Source: Nitrosopumilus sp. (GTDB taxonomy: Archaea; Thermoproteota; Nitrososphaeria; Nitrososphaerales; Nitrosopumilaceae). From it: 64,000 nucleotides of DNA. Positions 1 through 8,059 of the stretch are shown piece after piece. Numbering within the stretch: the stretch's first letter is position 1; the number at the start of each line of letters is the position of its first letter. The translations under genes and the position numbers were made by a program. The notes beneath the pieces were generated by a model. It did no database searches and was not told the DNA's origin. It was given only the letters and a program-made list of their open reading frames with translations. The stretch is from NCBI GenBank assembly GCA_965205215.1, contig OZ242041.1, positions 1,696,001 through 1,760,000 of the forward strand, given 5' to 3'.

Positions 1-801
1 TTGAGTATGGCAGCAGACGAGGCGAAAGTGGACAGCGGCGGCGAGCAGGGCGAAGACGCGACGGTGACAACGCCGTCGCCGGCGGCAACGGAATCTTCCG
101 CAGACACGCCGGACGCCGCTGGAGAGAGCGCGGCATCGCTGGAGCCCAAGGGTGACGGCGGCAAGCCCAAAAAGTCCGCCTCCCAGAAAAAGGCCAAAAT
201 TCCGGAGCCCCAAGACATGCGGGTCTTCCGCAAATGGGACGTCTCGGGCATAGAGATAGTGGATCCCGGCCTCAAGACGGCCATATCGCTCAGGAAGCAG
301 ATCACGCCGCACACGTTTGGCAGATCCGCGCTAAAGCGCTTCAACAAGGCCGATGCCAACATCGTCGAGAGGCTCATGAACAAGACGATGCACTTTGGGA
401 AAAAGTACGCAAAGAACACGGGCCGGATGTCCGGCAAGAAGACAAAGGTGCTTAACACGGTAAAGTCCGCGTTTGACATCATAAACATAAAGAGCGGCGG
501 CAAGAACCCCGTCGAGGTACTTGTCAGGGCCGTCGAGTTCTCCGCCCCCAACGAGGACACCACCAGGATAGTATACGGCGGGACCGTATACCACGTCTCA
601 GTCGACGTTGCCCCCATACGCAGGGTGGATCTCGCGCTAAAGTTCATCTCCGACGCGATAAAAGAGGCCACCTTTTCAAACCCAAAGCCCATAGAGGAGC
701 ACATGGCAGAGCAGCTGATGATGGCAGCCGCAAACGATCCGGCAGCCCCGTCGGTAAAAAAGAAGAACGAGCTTGAGAGGATAGCGCAGGCGTCGAGATG
801 A
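1..801 (+). CDS. rps7: 30S ribosomal protein S7 (uS7) with ~70-aa acidic/Lys-rich N-terminal extension
   Basis: Archaeal S7 motifs (NIVERLMNK, NPVEVLVRAVE..APNED, VDVAPIRRVDLAL, KKNELERIAQASR). Start lies at the window edge (TTG 1 or ATG 7). Confidence 0.96.
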   Translation: MSMAADEAKVDSGGEQGEDATVTTPSPAATESSADTPDAAGESAASLEPKGDGGKPKKSASQKKAKIPEPQDMRVFRKWDVSGIEIVDPGLKTAISLRKQITPHTFGRSALKRFNKADANIVERLMNKTMHFGKKYAKNTGRMSGKKTKVLNTVKSAFDIINIKSGGKNPVEVLVRAVEFSAPNEDTTRIVYGGTVYHVSVDVAPIRRVDLALKFISDAIKEATFSNPKPIEEHMAEQLMMAAANDPAAPSVKKKNELERIAQASR

Positions 802-880
802 CCTGCGCCCAGAAACGGCCGGAGTCCAGATTATCTTCGGGGGGCGCCGCGGCCGCGCGGGCATCATGAATGCAGAACAG

Positions 881-984
881 TAGCCCGAGGCAGATTCGAA
901 CTGCCGTCTCTGCCTATCCTCTCCTGAGATCCAGAGGGCAGAATCCTTGGCCCGATGGGTTTGACCGAACTAGACTATCGGGCT
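881..984 (-). tRNA. tRNA-Gln(CUG) with two introns (D-arm 21/22 at 947-960; anticodon loop 37/38 at 916-930)
   Basis: Reverse complement reads AGCCCGA-UA-GUCU-AGUUCGGUCAA-[14 nt]-GGAU-U-CUGCC-CUCUGG-[15 nt]-A-GGCAG-AGAC-GGCAG-UUCGAAU-CUGCC-UCGGGCU-A. Removing both inserts gives a 75-nt cloverleaf. TATA-like TTATAT lies upstream. Confidence 0.88.
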
Positions 985-1115
985 ACCGGACGTACGCCGT
1001 CAAAAAAAACATATAATGTTTTGCAACTGCTTTATGTACATTTTCAGGACGGCGAATCGGGGCCCAAGCATTGGCTGGCAACCATTATAACGCAAACCGC
1101 CCCCACACCAGACGC

Positions 1116-1865
1116 ATGCCACAGCACGACGCGCGCCAGGGGTACGCATCCCCGGAGCAGAAGGAGATTGCAGACTCGCTTGAGCTGCTCAAAAAGGACT
1201 GGAGCGTGGATCCCGTCCTGGAAGAGTTCATACTGGGAAGGACTGGCGACGTCTCGGACCACGTCATAACGCACGGCGGCGTGACGTTCCACATACCGTA
1301 CCTCAACAGGCACTCAAGGTACGTGCTGTGGAAATGCCTGTGGCCGGACTGCCACAACTGCTGCGAGAGGCAGGGGAGGCTGCCGCTTACGGCCGACGAC
1401 CTGATTGTGATAGGGGCGGGCCTCAAGTATTCAAAGACCTCGGAGTTCGTCAGAAAGGAGACCATAACTGCCACGTACTCGTCGGGGGGAGGGGCAGGCA
1501 GCAGCGGCCAAGAGACCGTAATGACCACGATCAACCTCAAGCGGAAGGAAGGCGAGACCGCGTCAGAGGACGGGACGCGCATACCGTGCAGGTTCCTAGA
1601 CGAGGAGGGGGGATGCAGCATGCACCCCTCGAGGCCCGGCGTGTGCTACCTGTACCCGTTTACCACCTGGACCCAGAACGACGGCGGGGCGGCCAGGATA
1701 CACGCCACGTACCAGTTCACCGGGGACTGCCCGGGGTTCTACCTGGCAGACAGCACGGCCGGGATGATGCCGGAGATAGAGGACTATTCTGTCATAATAC
1801 GGGACTACAACCTGGCGTCTGCCAGGACGGAGCGCGAGTCCCTCGGCTGCTCGTCCATAATGTGA
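1116..1865 (+). CDS. YkgJ-family (CxxCxxCC) cysteine-cluster protein
   Basis: CLWPDCHNCC, CRFL...CSMHPSRPGVCYLYPF and CPG motifs. Start uncertain (1071 or 1116). Confidence 0.8.
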   Translation: MPQHDARQGYASPEQKEIADSLELLKKDWSVDPVLEEFILGRTGDVSDHVITHGGVTFHIPYLNRHSRYVLWKCLWPDCHNCCERQGRLPLTADDLIVIGAGLKYSKTSEFVRKETITATYSSGGGAGSSGQETVMTTINLKRKEGETASEDGTRIPCRFLDEEGGCSMHPSRPGVCYLYPFTTWTQNDGGAARIHATYQFTGDCPGFYLADSTAGMMPEIEDYSVIIRDYNLASARTERESLGCSSIM

Positions 1866-1867
1866 GG

Positions 1868-2881
1868 TCAGGCCTTGGCGACCTTTATCAGGTCCGCCAT
1901 GCGTATGTCCATCCCGAACCTGTCCTCGTGCTTTTTCATGTATCTGAATATGGAGATAAAGTCCGGCAGCGACCTCACAAGGCTAAAGTCCTTGCGTATC
2001 TTTGAGTGCACAAAGTTGAACACCTTGGAGTATACCTTGTAGTGCTCGTCGACGGCCCGCTCGTACGCGGCAAAGTCCCCAATGTTCTCCAGGAATATCT
2101 CGGCGCACTGCATCGACGGTATGATTCCCTCGCCGAGCAGGGCGTATACGGTCCCGATCGACTCGCCCACGCCGACCACCTTGCCGCTGTAAAACGGCTT
2201 GCACTTGTTGGGGGTGGCAAGCCGGATGGGCCTGCCCTTTGTCTGCAGTATTTTGCCCCCGTGCTTTTTCAGAAAGGCGTCCGTAGCCTTTACGTGGTTC
2301 TTGTTGTAGTCGCCCGCCCCGACGTGGGCCCACTTTTCGCCGAGCGGAAAGTACCAAAAGTAGCCGGACATGCCGGGGAACGGCTCGATGTAAAAGTCGT
2401 CATACGGGACGCCCCCCTCGTACTCGACCTTGTACTCGTACGTGGGCAGGAAGAAGTCCTTCTCAAGCTTTGGCAGGTAGGCCCTGTGGAAGCCCGTGCA
2501 GTCCACGATTATGTCGTATTCGGACTCCAGAACCCCGAGGGCGGGGGGCTTGCCGTACGTGACGTCCGCGTCCTTTATGAACTCCTTTATGAGCCCCAGC
2601 TTGTTGTAGGTGCACAGGCCGTGCAGCCCGATGTCAAACCCGACGCCGTTGTTCATGCGCACGCTCATCTGCCTGCCGTCGTGTATCAGGAACCTGCCAA
2701 AGTCCACGCCCACCTTCGAGCAGAACTCCTCAAGGACGGGCCTTATGGTCCCCCAGGCGCATATGGAGTCGTGGCGCTCCTCGGGCATCATCTCGTACCC
2801 GGCCACGTCGTGGCCGGTGCCGGCCAGGCGCGCCATCAGGTAGGAGCCGGCCACCCCCATGCCCATTACCGCAATCTTCAA
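1868..2881 (-). CDS. NAD(P)/FAD-dependent oxidoreductase, geranylgeranyl-reductase-like
   Basis: N-terminal KIAVMGMGVAG dinucleotide fold, GYFWYFP, GESIGTV..LLGEGI. TTG start at 2881 chosen. Confidence 0.8.
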   Translation of the reverse strand: MKIAVMGMGVAGSYLMARLAGTGHDVAGYEMMPEERHDSICAWGTIRPVLEEFCSKVGVDFGRFLIHDGRQMSVRMNNGVGFDIGLHGLCTYNKLGLIKEFIKDADVTYGKPPALGVLESEYDIIVDCTGFHRAYLPKLEKDFFLPTYEYKVEYEGGVPYDDFYIEPFPGMSGYFWYFPLGEKWAHVGAGDYNKNHVKATDAFLKKHGGKILQTKGRPIRLATPNKCKPFYSGKVVGVGESIGTVYALLGEGIIPSMQCAEIFLENIGDFAAYERAVDEHYKVYSKVFNFVHSKIRKDFSLVRSLPDFISIFRYMKKHEDRFGMDIRMADLIKVAKA

Positions 2882-3177
2882 CGATGCAAATGGGCGGCAT
2901 CCCAATAAATACAGTGATGGTGTTGGCCGGTGCCGCCCACAAAGGAGAGGGCGGCGCAGCCCCGGGCGCACCCGGACGCAGCCGCGCCAGGTATGCGCGA
3001 CGGTGGCGGCGGCCTGCGCCCGGTCAGCGCCTTTCCAGTCCGCGTGTAAGTTTGCGCATTGCCGTCGCGACCATTGCCGCCATAATCACCGTGCAGACGT
3101 CGTTGGGGTTATTGCCACCGCCAATGTCACCGCCATCAGTAACCAGTGACTTTGACGCTCGCGGAATTTTCGCGGCG

Positions 3178-3888
3178 TCAGATGATCTTTTTGCGCGCCG
3201 CATCAATGCGGATGATTGCCGCCTTGTTGTCAGGCCCCCGCACGCGGGCCTCGAATATGGGCACGTACGTCTCCACTATGGAGTCAAGGTCGAACTGCTC
3301 TGACAGGTCCTCAATGTCAGGCTCAAGGGGGGACTTGAGCCGCTCCTCCAGTACGGAGACGGCGTCCTCGCGTTCAAGGGACGGCTTCTTTGCAAGGGCT
3401 TCGTCGTTTATGATGGATTCGGGGCGCGCCTCGGTGGTCTCCGGCGACACCTTGTACTTTGGCCTTTTGATCTCGTTTCCGGCCGTATCAAACGTAATCT
3501 CAAGGGACGAGTCGAATGCCACGTGCTCTTGAAGGTCTATGTCGATCTTGTTCTTCCCGCGCCGCGGCGAGAGTGCCTTCTTGAGGCGCGACTGCTGCCG
3601 CAGGCCAAAGGAAGCCTCGCCCACCACCACGCGCCTCACGGACTTGTCCACGGCGATGGTGTGGGTGGCGCTGCGCATGTAATCGGCCTCGTATCTGCCA
3701 GATACCGTCCGCAGGCACTCGTACGACAGCTGGATCTTCTGCAGACGCACCGCGCCAGCCTTTGGCTGCGACAAGAGGGATCCAAACAGCGACTGCTTTT
3801 TGCGTTCGATTAGCGCCCTTGCCGCCGCCTCGTCCATCATGGGGCGCAGCACTATGACATCAGTGGATGAGGCATAGCTTTCGGCCAT
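3178..3888 (-). CDS. Hypothetical protein
   Basis: 236-aa ORF with globular composition and a TATA-like TTTAA about 25 nt upstream. Confidence 0.7.
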   Translation of the reverse strand: MAESYASSTDVIVLRPMMDEAAARALIERKKQSLFGSLLSQPKAGAVRLQKIQLSYECLRTVSGRYEADYMRSATHTIAVDKSVRRVVVGEASFGLRQQSRLKKALSPRRGKNKIDIDLQEHVAFDSSLEITFDTAGNEIKRPKYKVSPETTEARPESIINDEALAKKPSLEREDAVSVLEERLKSPLEPDIEDLSEQFDLDSIVETYVPIFEARVRGPDNKAAIIRIDAARKKII

Positions 3889-4044
3889 AGCGCGTGACCG
3901 TCCACGTACGTTAAATAGATTTCAGGCGGCGCGCGCTGGGATGGGGTTTCATATGCCAGTCCATGCCCCGGCCGGCCGGCCCGTGGTGCTCGTCCGGGCG
4001 CACGCGGGCGCCAAGCCGCGGGCGCATAGCCGAACTAGGGAGGG

Positions 4045-4165
4045 GTAGGACTCGACGCGCCGTCCTGCGACGCGGACCGCGCCCCCCAAGGCCGCCCCCA
4101 AACCGGCAGGATTTGTAATAACAGCGCAAGGGCAAGCCAGACTGCAGCTTGCCGAGATGTCCTAC
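4045..4165. ncRNA. Candidate structured RNA (multi-helix junction), unassigned
   Basis: Nested complementarities: GTAGGAC/GTCCTAC, CTCG/CGAG, GCGC/GCGC, GTCCTGC/GCAGGAT, GGCAAGC/GCTTGCC. Confidence 0.35.
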
Positions 4166-4189
4166 TGGGTAATCGCTTTTAACCCAGTA
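4163..4189 (+). promoter_or_regulatory. dnaJ-fer promoter: TATA box flanked by an 8-bp inverted repeat
   Basis: TACTGGGT-aatcgctttta-ACCCAGTA; TTTTAA at 4177-4182 lies about 24 nt before the GTG at 4206. Confidence 0.45.
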
Positions 4190-4205
4190 TGCAGCAACAA
4201 CATCT

Positions 4206-4958
4206 GTGAACACCTACCAAGCCCTCCGCACCCTCAACGTCAGCAAGGACTCCACACAGGATGAGATCAGGGCCGCATACCGCCGAATGGCGCTCGAGCT
4301 GCATCCGGACCGCAACAGTGGGGACGGGAGCGAGTTTAAGAGAATAACAGAGGCGTACAACCATCTCAAAGGCGGCAGCCACACTCCGGCCGCCAAGACC
4401 GGCGACGGCGCGGGAGAGTACAGTGACGCGGCGATGAAGGGGGGGAGAAGGGGCAGCGGCAACGGTGCCGAACCCGGCTCCCAATACCGGCATCGGGGGG
4501 AGCCTGGCGGTGCCGGAGAAAGAAACAGGGCCCAGTGGGGGGCAGGCCCGCAGGACGGCACAATCCCGGAGCAGGACTGGAGCAAGTTCACCAAGCACAT
4601 CGAGGACGAGGATCCCGACTTTTGGAAAGAGTATGAAAGAAAGTTCTGGGAGGACTACAACGCCAAGGTGGACGCCGGCGGCAGGAACGGCGAATACGAG
4701 AAAGCGTCAGAGCCCAACAGGCAGCCCAACCTGTCCGTGGATGTGGACGAGAGCCTCTGCATAGGATGCTGCAGCTGCGAGATTATAGCCCCCGACGTAT
4801 TTGAGATAAACAAGCAGAGCATGATGAACCCAAAGTCGTCTGTAATCAACCCCAGGGGAGCGGGCATAAACAAGATAATGAACGCGGCCGAGACGTGTCC
4901 CACAAAGGCCATAAGGGTGGAGAACACGGACACGCATGAGAGACTGTTTCCGCACTGA
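4206..4958 (+). CDS. DnaJ-ferredoxin fusion protein (DnaJ-Fer)
   Basis: N-terminal J domain with HPD; C-terminal CIGCCSCEIIAP...CP ferredoxin motif. Confidence 0.92.
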   Translation: MNTYQALRTLNVSKDSTQDEIRAAYRRMALELHPDRNSGDGSEFKRITEAYNHLKGGSHTPAAKTGDGAGEYSDAAMKGGRRGSGNGAEPGSQYRHRGEPGGAGERNRAQWGAGPQDGTIPEQDWSKFTKHIEDEDPDFWKEYERKFWEDYNAKVDAGGRNGEYEKASEPNRQPNLSVDVDESLCIGCCSCEIIAPDVFEINKQSMMNPKSSVINPRGAGINKIMNAAETCPTKAIRVENTDTHERLFPH

Positions 4959-5029
4959 CGCCAGACGCCCGTGCCTATGCGCAACACAGCCGCAACATCC
5001 CATGGTGCCGGGAACGCCCCAGGTGGCGG

Positions 5030-5449
5030 CTAATCGTTGTCCTTTAGCAGGGCGTGCAGCGCATCGGCGTCGTATCCGGGCGCCTCTGCCGCGCTGCCAT
5101 GGAACAGGTCTGGTATGTGCCCCGCTCGATCACCGGTAGTACGCGGGATTACGTGGACGTGGACGTGGGGTATCACCTGTCCCGCGTCTGGCCCGTTGTG
5201 TACGATAATCATCGCGTCGGCCGACATGGCGGACTCGATTCTGGATGCCATCACCTGCACCATTGCAAAGAGATCGGAGATCTCCGTCCGATCCAGATCC
5301 TGTATCTTTGGACAGTGCCTTTTTGATATGACAAGCGCGTGTCCGGCCGCAAGCGGAAATGCGTCAAGTATTGCTATGCAGTGTTCGGACTCGGAGAGCC
5401 TCTTTGAGGGAATCTGGCCCGACAGTATCTGGCAGAATATGCAGTCCAT
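5030..5449 (-). CDS. HIT family hydrolase
   Basis: MDCIFC start, GHALVI, histidine triad HVHVH. Confidence 0.93.
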   Translation of the reverse strand: MDCIFCQILSGQIPSKRLSESEHCIAILDAFPLAAGHALVISKRHCPKIQDLDRTEISDLFAMVQVMASRIESAMSADAMIIVHNGPDAGQVIPHVHVHVIPRTTGDRAGHIPDLFHGSAAEAPGYDADALHALLKDND

Positions 5450-5601
5450 GCGCGTGCGGCGCGCCCACTCTATAAAGTCATTTTCAAGACTGAAGAACCA
5501 CAATGGGTTGGCGCGGGCAGGACTAAGAGATGCGCCAGTGCGATGCCCCCATATGCGCAGGCGCAAGGATATCTTAAATCACATGTCCCCCCATATCACG
5601 C

Positions 5602-5958
5602 ATGCAATGGATCCGGCTCTTCGAGGTGGCAACAAGGGACCTAGATGCAGATGCCCCCCGAATCAGGAGAATGCTAGACGAACTCGGCGGGGCGGCCCAT
5701 TGCGAAAAGGGCGGATACAGGCTTGATGCAGAGGCGCAGCTTGCAATGGGATGGTGGTTCTTTGGCGTACACGTGCGGGAGGATTTTGTCAGGGATGCGG
5801 TACAGTACATGCACGCAAGGGACGAAAGGGCAAGGGACGAAAGGGCCCTGCTGGACCACGTTCGGCAGGGGCTCAAGGAGCAAGGCAGCAAGGCGACAGT
5901 AAAGTTCCACAGCAAGCCGTCAATCTTTGCCAGGTACTGGACGTGGCTCATGCGCTAA
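5602..5958 (+). CDS. Hypothetical protein
   Basis: 118-aa ORF with TATA-like TTAAAT at about 5574. Confidence 0.55.
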   Translation: MQWIRLFEVATRDLDADAPRIRRMLDELGGAAHCEKGGYRLDAEAQLAMGWWFFGVHVREDFVRDAVQYMHARDERARDERALLDHVRQGLKEQGSKATVKFHSKPSIFARYWTWLMR

Positions 5959-6021
5959 GGGCGCCGCGGCCGCCAGAAACGACCAGATGTTGCGTCCCGC
6001 CACAATCAAGTGCGGTGTCCA

Positions 6022-6195
6022 CTACCACATGCCGCCGCCGATGTCCGAGTTTGGATCCATCTTCTTTTCAGGCACGTTGCCATGGGCCTTCTTCATGTGG
6101 CGCTTGAGTCGCTCCGGCGCGTGGAGTTCTGTGCCGCACACGTCGCACCGTGTCTTGGACTCGTCGTCTTTGTTACGGCGTCCGAACAGCCCCAT
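6022..6195 (-). CDS. Small C2H2 zinc-finger protein
   Basis: CDVC...LKRHMKKAH; start MGLFG at 6195. Confidence 0.75.
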   Translation of the reverse strand: MGLFGRRNKDDESKTRCDVCGTELHAPERLKRHMKKAHGNVPEKKMDPNSDIGGGMW

Positions 6196-6248
6196 ATGCC
6201 AAAAAACCCTGAGATACATTATAAAGGATGCGCAGGGGGGAGAGGGAC

Positions 6249-7385
6249 ATGGCGCTCCGAAGGATCACGATACTGGGCTCGGGGGTTATGGGGCACGGCA
6301 TCGCGCAGGTGGCGGCGACTGCCGGATACGACATAGCGCTCAGGGACATAGAGCAGAAGTTCCTTGACAAGGCCATGGAAAAGATAGAGTGGAGCCTGCA
6401 GAAGATGGCCTCAAAGGGAAAGATGACCCAGGAGGAGGCAGACGCCGCGCTTGCAAGGATAAGCCCGATAGTAGACCTGGAAGAAACGGTAAGGGGGTCC
6501 CAGATGGTCATAGAGGTGGTGCCGGAGATAATGGACCTGAAGAAGAAGGTGTACGCCGAACTGGACCGGGCGGCTGCTCCAGACGTGGTGTTTGCGTCAA
6601 ACACGAGCACGCTTCCAATCACCGAGATTGCAGGAGCCACCTCGAGGCCGGACAAGTTCATTGGAGTGCACTTTTTCAATCCGCCCCAGCTCATGAAGCT
6701 GGTGGAGATCATACCGGGGGAATCCACCTCGCAGGACGTCGTACGCATGACCAAGGATCTCGTAAAGTCCCTCGGAAAGGAGGCGGTGACGTGCAGGAGG
6801 GACGTGCCCGGATTCATAATAAACAGACTGTTCATACCGATGGTGCACGAGGCCTGCTACGTAATGGACCGCACCGGAGCAACCAAGGAGGAGGTGGACT
6901 CGGCGGTAAAGTTCAGGATGGGCTTTCCCATGGGGATATTCGAGCTCGCGGACTTTACCGGCATGGACGTCATACACAAGGCCACCGCGGAGATGCACCT
7001 GCGTGACAAAAAGGTAATCAGGCCGCACCCGCGAATAGAAGAGCTGTTTGATGCGGGCAACCTGGGCCAAAAGTCAGGCGAGGGGTTCTACAAGTACTCT
7101 GATGACAAGTACGAGAGGGTGCAGCTGTCCGAAGAGCTGGCAGACAAATGCGACTATACGCACCTTGTGGCCAACATAGTCAACAACGCGGCATGGCTGA
7201 TCACAAACGGGGCAAGCGACGAGTCGGAGATAGAGAGGGCGGCCGTCCTAGGGCTGGGCCTCAAAAAGCCGCTCTTTGAGACCGCAAGGGACATCGGATT
7301 GGGCAAGATAGCGTCAGAGCTGGAGGCGCTTGCGTCCGAGTACGGCGAGTTTTACAGGCCCGACCCGCTACTAGCAGAAAAATAG
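6249..7385 (+). CDS. 3-hydroxyacyl-CoA / (S)-3-hydroxybutyryl-CoA dehydrogenase
   Basis: GSGVMGHGIAQ, SNTSTL, GVHFFNP, PGFIINR, PMGIFELAD. A role in the 3HP/4HB cycle is inferred. Confidence 0.93.
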   Translation: MALRRITILGSGVMGHGIAQVAATAGYDIALRDIEQKFLDKAMEKIEWSLQKMASKGKMTQEEADAALARISPIVDLEETVRGSQMVIEVVPEIMDLKKKVYAELDRAAAPDVVFASNTSTLPITEIAGATSRPDKFIGVHFFNPPQLMKLVEIIPGESTSQDVVRMTKDLVKSLGKEAVTCRRDVPGFIINRLFIPMVHEACYVMDRTGATKEEVDSAVKFRMGFPMGIFELADFTGMDVIHKATAEMHLRDKKVIRPHPRIEELFDAGNLGQKSGEGFYKYSDDKYERVQLSEELADKCDYTHLVANIVNNAAWLITNGASDESEIERAAVLGLGLKKPLFETARDIGLGKIASELEALASEYGEFYRPDPLLAEK

Positions 7386-7489
7386 ACGCGGGTACAGTTA
7401 GCCGTTATTCTCCTAGCCATCCCAACACCCCCCGCCCTTTCTTCTCATGGCGCCCGTTTGTCATCTTATGAATGGCCGGCATCAGTGCA

Positions 7490-8008
7490 TCAACCGGAGG
7501 CGGATTCAATCATCCGCAGGATTGCAGACACGGCCTCCCGGGGCGTGTCGGCGCCCTCGATCCTGACGTTTTTTCTATGATCCACATAGCCGTCCACGTA
7601 CGGGGCGACTGAGCCGCCCATGCCCCTTATGGCGACCATCGGCTTTTTGTGCATGTACGCGGCGCACACCTCGGACAGGGTGCCGGAACCCCCGCCTACG
7701 ATGATTATGCCGTCGGCGCTGAGCGCGTTTAGAAAGTCACGCGTCAGCCCCATCCCGGTGGGGATCACCACATCACAGTAGGAATTTGCAAACGACGCGT
7801 CATCCTGCGGCAGTATTCCCACCGACAGCCCGCCCGCCTCGCTTGCGCCACGCGATGCGGCCTCCATCACGCCCCCCAGCCCGCCGGTAATCAGCACGGA
7901 GTTCGAGTTGGCGATTGCCGCACCCACCTCGTATGCGGCATCCTCGTGCCGCGGAGTGCAGCCGTTTGTATTGTGTCCTATTACTAGAATCTGGCGCCTT
8001 TTTGTCAT
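7490..8008 (-). CDS. TIGR00725-family (LOG/DprA-like Rossmann fold) protein
   Basis: TGGLGGVMEAASRGA and GGGSGTLSE motifs. Confidence 0.85.
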   Translation of the reverse strand: MTKRRQILVIGHNTNGCTPRHEDAAYEVGAAIANSNSVLITGGLGGVMEAASRGASEAGGLSVGILPQDDASFANSYCDVVIPTGMGLTRDFLNALSADGIIIVGGGSGTLSEVCAAYMHKKPMVAIRGMGGSVAPYVDGYVDHRKNVRIEGADTPREAVSAILRMIESASG

Positions 8009-8059
8009 GGCAGGGCGTGGAATTGGCAGGATATTATGATTTTCCCAGGGGGCCGGCCG

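Noticed and set aside
3024-3206. 60-aa minus-strand ORF
   Set aside because: It overlaps the neighbouring gene, has no motif, and is likely low-complexity spacer DNA.
4021-4060. tRNA/tmRNA-like fragments (GGGCGCATAGC..., GGACTCGAC)
   Set aside because: No cloverleaf or matching half could be assembled on either strand.
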